A stretch of 64,000 bases of DNA from Octopus sinensis (taxonomy: Eukaryota): assembly GCF_006345805.1 (NCBI RefSeq), contig NC_043012.1:46190001-46254000 (forward strand), in the 5' to 3' direction. Shown here in pieces: positions 54,777 through 64,000 of this stretch. Position numbers and translations under genes: made by a program. Below the pieces are notes generated by a model that saw only the letters and a list, made by a program, of their open reading frames with translations, did no database searches and was not told the origin of the DNA. Within the stretch, counting starts at the first letter, position 1. Every line of letters starts with the position of its first letter.

Positions 54777-54777
<1 letters not shown>

Positions 54778-55171
54778 CTTTATATATAAAAGTGAAGTCG
54801 TGTGTCTGTCTCCTACGATTTAGATTCCTAACTACTCCCAAATTTTGCGGTGCAGTTTCACCAAAACCGGGTATCTTATAGTCGTGATTCATATCGAGCC
54901 CTTCTGGGTATTAGCGCGCGTCTACGATGAGTCTACGATTTAAAAAAAATTACCATTATTTTTTTCCATTTTAATGCATTTTTTCGCTATTATATAAGGG
55001 AAGTAACTCTCAAAAAATGTCTACGATGAGTCAATGATTTTTTAAAAAATTACCATCATTTTTTTTCCATTTTTAATGCATTTTTTTGCTATTCTTTGGC
55101 TATAACTCTCTAAAAATGCTTATATAGTTATTTCCCTTACAAACCCGAGCAACGCCGGGCGATACTGCTAG
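54777..55171 (+). mobile_element. Non-autonomous Helitron
   Basis: Starts TC after A; ends with hairpin CCCGAGCAACGCCGGG and CTAG before T; internal ~80-bp duplication. Confidence 0.85.
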
Positions 55172-55183
55172 TATATATATATG

Positions 55184-55266
<83 letters not shown>

Positions 55267-56577
55267 TATGTGTGTGTGTGTGTGTATGTGCATATTTATA
55301 CACGCAGTAATATGCAGGTATATATGTACTGTTGACCATATAAGAATTTAGTAAGTTCGAGTAATTCCTTTTTGGAAAAGTGAATCTTCAAACGGATAAA
55401 GCTATAAATAACAGCGTGTAAATATTTGGTTTAAAAAATTCTTTGGTTATAAAATTGGAATGCTGTATGTGGGACCCGAAGCTATGTTATAAACTTGTCC
55501 TTTAGTCTACAGATAGACAATTATTAGATTTTCAAAGAATATTCTAGTTCAGTTATATGACTAGGAATGTATTGTGTCCAACGGTACCATATTTAGAGGC
55601 CTAGATTAGAAGGTCGAGGATTATATTTATAAAACCCTTTGTTGAGTAAGAGGCTAAATGATTTATTTTGACTAAAATATATAAAAAAAAGAATATAGAG
55701 ATCCTCATACTATTGTTCATTTATTCAGACGTAATTTCATTGCATAATCAATTCCGTTGCAAAACGATTTGACATTCGTCTGTTTCTCTAAACACGAAAT
55801 ATTTTATGATAAAGATTTATGTTTCGTCCGTCTCATTTGATCGTAAAAAGTGTCCTGAAGTCAGAGATTAGTAAAACGCTTTAATCCAAAAGTTAAATAA
55901 AATTACTTCAAAGGGAAGATGAGAAGATTTTCACATTCGACACAATGCCAATTTTTTGCCAAATTTATTGCATTTTTTGAATATTGTACATTTTTTTACA
56001 GTCCCGGAAGACTGACATCCCAAATGAAATCGATTGGAAACTAACTAAATTAAAACGAACATTCTTAATGAGTTTACATTTATTTTGATACTTTAATTAG
56101 AAATTTATTAAAGATTGTATTCTATATTCTTCTTTGTATTTCACCGAGGAATATAAAAACTTCATTTTTTAGGCTAGCATAAAGACGACAATGATAGTTT
56201 CTTATAAAAAAAGTTATATGTAATTCAGAGCTCTGACATCAAAAAATGAGACCACATTTATCATCAAATTGTATACCTGTTTTATAAAGCTAATATTTAT
56301 GTTAAAAAATACAATAAGAAAAAAGGTAACAGGAAAGCTTATTTTTGAAGCTAAACCTTCCGTATGGATTTGACAAAATATTTTCCTATCTAGATAAAAT
56401 TATATACTACTGCATATGGTTTCGCTTTCTTTTCTCTTGTCTATTAATTGTATCAGTAATGTCAGATTAAAAATGTTAGTGGAATCTGTATTAACGTATT
56501 AAAGTTTTTTATCTATGAACTTCATCCTTGATAGATCGCAATTTTAAGAGCAAATGCTTTGTTAACACAAGGCCAGT

Positions 56578-56981
56578 ATTTATTTTACTCTTTTACTTGT
56601 TTCAGTCATTTGACTGCGGCCATGCTGGGGCACCGCCTTTAGTCGAGCAAATCGACCCCGGGACTTATTCTTTGTAAGCCCAGTACTTATTCTATCGGTC
56701 TCTTTTGCCGAACCGCTAAGTGACGGGACGTAAACACACCAGCATCGGTTGTCAAGCAATGCTAGTGGGACAAACACAGACACACAAACATATACACACA
56801 CATACATACATATATTCGACAAGCTTCTTTCAGTTTCCGTCTACCAAATCCACTCACAAGGATTTGGTCGGCCCGAGGCTATAGCAGTAGAGACACTTGC
56901 CCAAGATGCCACGCAGTGGGACTGAACCCGGAACCATGTGGTTGGTTAGCAAGCTACTTACCACACAGCCACTCCTGCGCC
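56578..56981 (-). mobile_element. Intact main-family tRNA-derived SINE
   Basis: Head ggcgcaggagtggctgtgtggtaag..ccgggttcagtcc, CORE-like cttgggcaagtgtc, short central CA/TA repeat, tail (GTAAAAGA)n. Confidence 0.95.
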
Positions 56982-58607
56982 TATATTTCTGGAAGATTAA
57001 AAATTAAAATAAATAAATGTACTGTAAAAACTTTGGCTTGAAAAGATTATTTTCCATAAAAAACATTAAAAAATTTAATTACAATATAATATATTAATGA
57101 AACAATGCCCTGACAATTAGATTAAGCAATATGTAAATGGAAATAAAACTCTAATTTGGAAAATATTGATGAAGGTTTACAAATAACCACAAAACCTACT
57201 TTCATGCCAATAGCAATGTTTCAACAAGATATTTTTACGACGTTTGTACATCTCTTACAAAAATTAAACTTATGTATTGCAGATAAGACATTTTCTAGAA
57301 ATATAAAATTATTTTGGACAGTATAGTTTTGCGTAGTCATAAATATTAAAATTAATTAGACTGAAATCTTCTTTAAATGTAAATTTAAAAAGGAACAATA
57401 TACACTGTAGATTACAAATATAAGTATATTTATAAAGTATTTACTGAAATTGACTTTTTTGTTTCATTCAGTTGGACAACATAGTAATTTCTTTAAAGTT
57501 GTACAGCTTAACAATGAAAATAGTGCGAAATGAACATCGGAAATATATTTTCTGACATTATATATAAATTCTTTTACACGGACTGGCATAAGTTTATATC
57601 TCACTCACACCAAGAAAAACATACAGACGCACATTCACACAAACACACACAAACTCAGACACGTATAATCTAAACCCTAACATCTCATGAAACGAATGTG
57701 TTTTGTTCTGTTATATACTGTGCATATGCCTTATTATACATTCGCATGTTTTCATACACAGGCAACTCGCGCTCTCACACAAATACAAGTATATGTTAAT
57801 ATACATATGTATTTATGCATTTACGTATTTGTATGGGTAAATTTATAATATATCGGTCAAAGCAACACTGGTTATTCAGCGGTAGTGAGGGACTCTCGCA
57901 TACACAGAGACAAGCGAATACGCGCGCGCGACACACACATATCTTTTAACTTCTTTTATGTGAAATGTCTTTAAATGAGATCATTTCGATCCATCGATAT
58001 TGCGAATCCTATTTGTAATATCCTATGGATGGAGAATGCATCAACAAAAACACGTGATTTGTTTTTGTTGCATTAAAGGATTTATGAATTTCCCTCAAAA
58101 GTTCACGCTATTTCTATATATATATATGTGTATGTGTGTGTAAGTACGTATATACGGTAATATTTATCTGACGCTTAACTTACATGTGTTTTAAGACAGA
58201 ATACGTGTTATGTACCATGAGAGGACTGCACATATACTTGTGCATAAAAGCACTCGTGTTTATATCGTTGACGAGCGAAAATATACTGCTATGACCGTCG
58301 GATTACCAAGATACGTGATTTTCCTATTCCTGTGGCTTGTCAATAAAAGCGTAGCAAAGACTTAAGACTCTATTCTCCATTCAACAAAATATTGTCTATT
58401 GAGGCACTTGTGTCGCAAAAAGCCTATGGCTTTAATAAAACACTGAAGTTTATTCATAAAGACGATTTTGTGTCAGAACACAAAATATACTGTGTTATTA
58501 TTCTCATGATGAATAACGCAGTATGCTCTGTTCTAACTAACATCTGCGCTCAAAGGAAGGTAAATACTTTCTTTTGGTATTAATAGAGCTCCTGTCGCTA
58601 TTCATTA

Positions 58608-58662
<55 letters not shown>

Positions 58663-58696
58663 CTATCTATCTATCTATCTATCTATCTAAAGATGA

Positions 58697-58855
58697 GGTG
58701 CTTCTTTCCGTGTCCGTCTATCAGATCCAGTCTCAGGGCATTGGTCGGTCAGGAGCTATAGCAGAAGACACTTGCTTAACGTTCCACGCAGCAGGACCGA
58801 ACCCTGAAACGTGGTTATCAAACAAACGGCTTAACACACAGCCGTTCCTGCGTCT
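58697..58855 (-). mobile_element. Main-family SINE, decayed 5' half
   Basis: Aligns to the head of 56578-56981. Confidence 0.8.
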
Positions 58856-61800
58856 ATATAGCATATACAAATTTTATGCATTACTTACATACATTTACAT
58901 CCAATGCACATATGATAAATGGAAAGGTAAACTGATAAAGTAAACTGATGATTAAACGTTGATTATTTCCAAGCATTTAGTCACTTAAGCTCCAATAAAT
59001 TATATGATTTGAAAAATGGTTTTTACGGTTTTTTTATGACGAAACTTTACGTCCGATAATTTTCAATTAACCAAAACTTACTAAATGATTAGCACTTAAT
59101 TCCAAAATATTTGCAACATATATTTTTCGCGATGAAAAAACGGAATGTGTTCATTAATGTTCGAGATTAAATTCTTAGGCAGGCATTATTTGTTCGAAAA
59201 TTCTGTACTTGTGCATCAAATGTACGCGTCATAAAATCCGCAAATGAGAATTTCCTATTGTTTAAACTTTCTTCTGGCAGGAGAGCTGTATACAGCTGGA
59301 TTTTCTTTGTTGAGTAATATGCTTGCCAATATCGTTATATTTTATAGGACTTAAACCATAAGGAGTTTACTTGTATTTTCATGCTTTTGGTAAATTTACT
59401 GATTATTCTTGCTGTATGCTTCGGGCACGCTCTAAGGTAAAAAAGAATTTCACTTACAATGCAAATAGGCATTGGAAGGTATTCAGATATAGCTCTGGTC
59501 CTGATCTCCGTATGGACTCTCCTCTTAATGATGCTCGTGATACAATTTAAGAGCCCGATTACTTTTCAAGAGGAGTAGTGCATAACCATGACAAGCTTTT
59601 GAACGATAGGGGTTCCCCACAAATTTCCCTTTCTCGATATCAGCGTAGTCACTGTCATTAGACGTAAGCAAAAACTATTCCAACTTATCCTACCACGAAA
59701 TATTTTCATCAGTTTGATGACATGGCGTTCTTATGAACTTGAGAAAACGGAATACAGACACAATATTTTGCTTCGCCAAAATACGTGGATCATATTGGTT
59801 TGTACTTCCAATTATTTTCAAAATCACACTGATTAAGGACGTTCGTAATTGGCACTCATTTCATTGTAGATGTTACAGCTTGGTTCATAGCAATTAATGA
59901 GCAAAACACTTCAATAGTAATTATTTGAAAACTTTATTTCTCTTTATGTAGATGGACAATTCTCAACCGGATCTTTGTTTATGAACTCTTACATTAATAT
60001 ATTACAATATACATAAAATAATAATATCAAGCAATTATTATTAGATTGAGCTAAGGGACAGAATACAATATCAGATATCAAACTGAAAATATTTTTGAAA
60101 AATAAACAAAAAATTCATGATTATATGGAAAATCATCTATTTCCCGATACCGAAACATTATTTGGACGATAATCGTTTCATTTTATGTGCATCTCACACC
60201 AAACTAATAGACAGTGCTCCAGTACCAACACAACTCATCTGATAGACAGCTGTTCAGTACCAACATAACTCATTTAATCTGTAATTTATTACTTCTAGTA
60301 ACACTCCCTCTTCATAGATTTCTGAAAATAATCCGAAGAGATTAGGGAGAAAGTCTTCTAGAAAAGATCAGTAAGCTGGTTCTTGTAGAATTCCAGAATT
60401 TATCCGAAAATTTTATTCGTAATTCTCCAAAGATTTTCTTCTGAAGATTAGTAACTAAAAAATAAACAGCTTTATTGTCTGTTTCACTGCGCATGATCGA
60501 CAGTATTCGAGATACTAGGTACTTAGTACACGCCTTTGCAACCATCAATGGTGACATATAGAACTTGTTATGCTTATACACATGACTGTAAATGGATAGG
60601 CCGACCAGAACAACTCAGCATGTAAGAAATATGCATCAGTTGTGATGTTTCAACACAGACTAAAATTTGGAATTTGGACTAGGAAAGATGGTCTACCATA
60701 AGGTATAAGTAATATCGGTGTTTGCTATGTCCCCATGTCCTTTTCGAGACAACATCCTCCAGCGAATTTCAGGATTATACTACCTACTTTGCATAGTATT
60801 AGCCTATTTGTTGTTCACTTGAAGTCCGCATGAAATCGAGAGTCAAGTAACTTAACTTGTTTGTCAATCCATCGTCCAAAGCTTCTCTTCAAGATGGGCT
60901 AGCTACAAGCACACTATCTTTTCCAGTTTAAAATATGCCCCTGTACATACTTTGTTTTCTGTACACAAATAATAACTTATCGGACTCCCGTGCAGAGCCG
61001 TACCATTATTTGAAAGCCGTGTGCATATAACCACACTGCTCTCCTGCATTCTATTTTGAACAAAATACAGCTCAAAACTTATTTGTCCCGAATATATGCA
61101 TCGAGAGGACAAAAACGGATGTATTACTTAAACTTTGAATACTAAATATAATTGGAATAAAGACGGTATTAATTACAAAGACGCCGCAAAAACGTGAATG
61201 ACTGAAGTCTTTAACCGGCTATTTGTGTTGTAAATTCGTTCAACCGCCGAGAGATATAATGTACCATCCTCCTCCATAGAAATCGAACTCAAAACAGAAA
61301 TGGACGTATGTACATTCTGAAATACTTTTTATCCAGTTCTGTACATATTTTGACGATAATTGATATGACTTACTCAAGTTTTAACCTTGACTAGCAGAGA
61401 ACCATATTTTCGTATCAAAATCAGGGAGAAGGAAACAATTCCACACAGCAGTATTGACTTTGTTTATAATCTTCAAAAATATCATACACTGAATTTGATT
61501 GGAAAATAATCACAGTGACAGGGTGGTTTTTCAACAACAATAACTATTAATTTACTAATTTGTGGCGTTCAGAACTAACGTTTGAAGTTTGGGTTGTGTC
61601 TCTATGGCGTTGATTGGGGTTTGCTTCAAAGAAATCTGCTTAAGGTTATGTTAGATTTTTCACTCAGAGTTACAAAAGAGACGATAATTGCTGATGTGTT
61701 TTCTACCAATTATTGTAGAGATAAAATAAAGTGAAATAAAATCAAATACTTTTCATCAGAGCATTAAAATTGTTTGTTCTCGACTTTATAATTAGTATTA

Positions 61801-62689
61801 AATTATGTGTGTACACTAACCTTGATATTTAACGATTCAAATTCCAATTAAACTACAAATGTTTGTGGTTTCCTTATTGCTATATTTTTCCCATGGGTCA
61901 TGTTTATAACAGAGATCTGTAAGTGAATGTAAGTTACTATGTCGTTAGTTATAATTCACTGCATCACAAATTGTCTCATAGGAGAGAAATTGTGAAAATA
62001 CATTGCTGATACATAAAGATACATTGTATATAGAGTCATATGGGGAAATTAGTGATTGACAATAATGGTAACAAGAGATTTTAAATATATAGATGCATAT
62101 AACGCATATATGTCGCTATATCTTGTTGTATCGCAATATATTTGAAATAAGACTCGCTCCGCTGCTAATGAGTATATTTATTACTGGATATTACCATGCC
62201 TCGAGATCGTATTAATATATCTTCAATTCTGTCTTCACATATACGAAACAAGTTTAGCTTTGTATACAGACAGAAGTATTAGGTTATGTTCACACACATA
62301 CAAGTTAATTTAGTTAAAATAGAGGTATGATGAATAACTTTTGCAGTTCCTGGTAGGTGACTTGGGAAGATTGAGGGTTATGTTATTTCTTAAAAGTTGA
62401 TATAATTGTCTGTAAGTAGTTTAATATTAAATACTAAAGAAAATAAGGGCGGACATATATTGGATAAGCTTGGATTAAAGTTTTTTCAAAGAATAGATTA
62501 CACATTAAGTTCTTCCAAATCGTAATGTAACTTAAATTATATCAAACACATTTTGATTCAAAGAACTTTCATTTTTTGTAAAGTACATGGGTGATGTTGT
62601 TCTTAACTAAAGTAAAAATGACTGTGTTCGTTTTGTTAATATATTTGATTGGTCAACATCTTTCATTGTAAATACAACTGATTGTCCAT

Positions 62690-62870
62690 AAAGCATCTGA
62701 CTGGCAGAATCGTTAGCATGCCGGACTAAATGCTTAGCGGCATTTTGTACGTCTTTACGTTCCGAGTTTGAATGCCTGTGAGGTCAACTTTGCTTTTCCT
62801 CCTTTCAGAGTTGATAACGTAAGTACCAATTGAATACGAGGGTCAAATACTAATCAACTTGTGCCAAAAT
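62690..62870 (+). mobile_element. SINE of the second (Meta-domain-like) family
   Basis: ctggcagaatcgttagca..aaatgcttagcgg..gtcaactttgcttttcctcctttc..gataa..aagtacc. Confidence 0.7.
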
Positions 62871-64000
62871 ATGAAACCAACATAATTGTTTGTATGTTTG
62901 ATTGTAGCCTAAATATTAGTACGTGTGTAATAAATGTAATAATCTCCAATAACTTTAAAGTATATTGTTCTTGCCTACATACTTTTGGATATGAAGTGAA
63001 CATTGAAGATATTGCTGGACAATTGATATGAAAATCATTAGCAATAAACTTAAATTACAATAGTGAAAGTTTTCCTCAAAGTTTATTACTAAAAGTGATG
63101 AGGCAGTAATAATATTGGGGCTAGTATTTGAGGAATTTTAAAATAATCACAGCATGGTCATGGTATATCATTTGGTCAAAGCAAATATTTCATGCATTTC
63201 CCTCTTAATTCCTGTTTTACTTATATTTGGGTTCAAATTTATTTCAGAAGTTGTAGGGAGATTTGATGTAAATGTTTTTAATATAATTTTCAATCTTATC
63301 GCATATTGAACCGTCTTATACAAAAGGCAAGAACACAAGAACATATTTTTAGACATTGTGATGTATTTCGTATAGTTTGAGATGATGTGCAACTTGAGTT
63401 AATCGACTCTGTGTCCTTGATTGTTAATTGATATAACAGACAACGGTAAAGAAAAGAAAATTACAACGTTAACTTCGCGGAAATTTGAAGGTATGGTAAC
63501 TGGGAGATGCTGTTGGTTACCTCTAAGCAATGACGCAATTCAAACTTCTGTAACTAGAAGCCAATTGATGACATTTGATGCATCTATGGCCTTACACACA
63601 GGTGCGATTGGATCTACAGACATCACGGATCCCTCTAGTTTCTCATTTAGAAATATTCTGGATCTTATTTAAGCGAATATATAAATGGCTTTTACTGGAG
63701 TATGTATTGCAACTAGGTTTTCTGTTCGAAAGACCATTCAGAATATTCCTTTGTCACCCACTATAGGAGAAGTTCGTGGTGGTTTTTGTTCTTGCGGGGA
63801 TCATAGGATAGAATTTGTATTTCAGCATAGAATCCATTCAAAGCCTATGACCACCAAAGGTCTCGTCAGCGCTAAAGATACGCTAGAGGCACTAGTTTTG
63901 TCACCTGATGCTGCAATGAGATTTACCTCATCTAAATATAGGGTTTACAGATTGTTTGTATTGTAAATAATATTTGCAATTGATTAGCGACGTGAAAAGA

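Noticed and set aside
60195-60275. Two ~35-bp direct repeats resembling a mini CRISPR array
   Set aside because: Simple local tandem duplication with no spacer; eukaryotic context, no cas genes

Overview
AT-rich, microsatellite-saturated eukaryotic genomic DNA. The SINE families suggest an octopod cephalopod (inference). No complete host gene is recognisable; there are only a few weak candidate exons. Most non-simple sequence is decayed transposable element. It includes a Mag-type Ty3/Gypsy element with both LTRs (33.85-38.03 kb), several Penelope-like element (PLE) RT/GIY-YIG and terminal-repeat fragments, CR1-group and RLE-type LINE fragments, an internally deleted mariner, a non-autonomous Helitron, several MITEs and many tRNA-derived SINEs. 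Two hammerhead-ribozyme-bearing non-autonomous elements stand out. (1) A near-identical ~490-nt tandem unit plus an inverted 5' piece at 28.3-29.4 kb; each unit carries a type I hammerhead fold on the minus strand (retrozyme-like). (2) A head-to-head pair of tRNA-promoter/(AAT)n/minimal-hammerhead elements sits in the Gypsy pol gene at the point where the RT active site and RNase H are missing. All structures were read by eye, with no folding software or database search.
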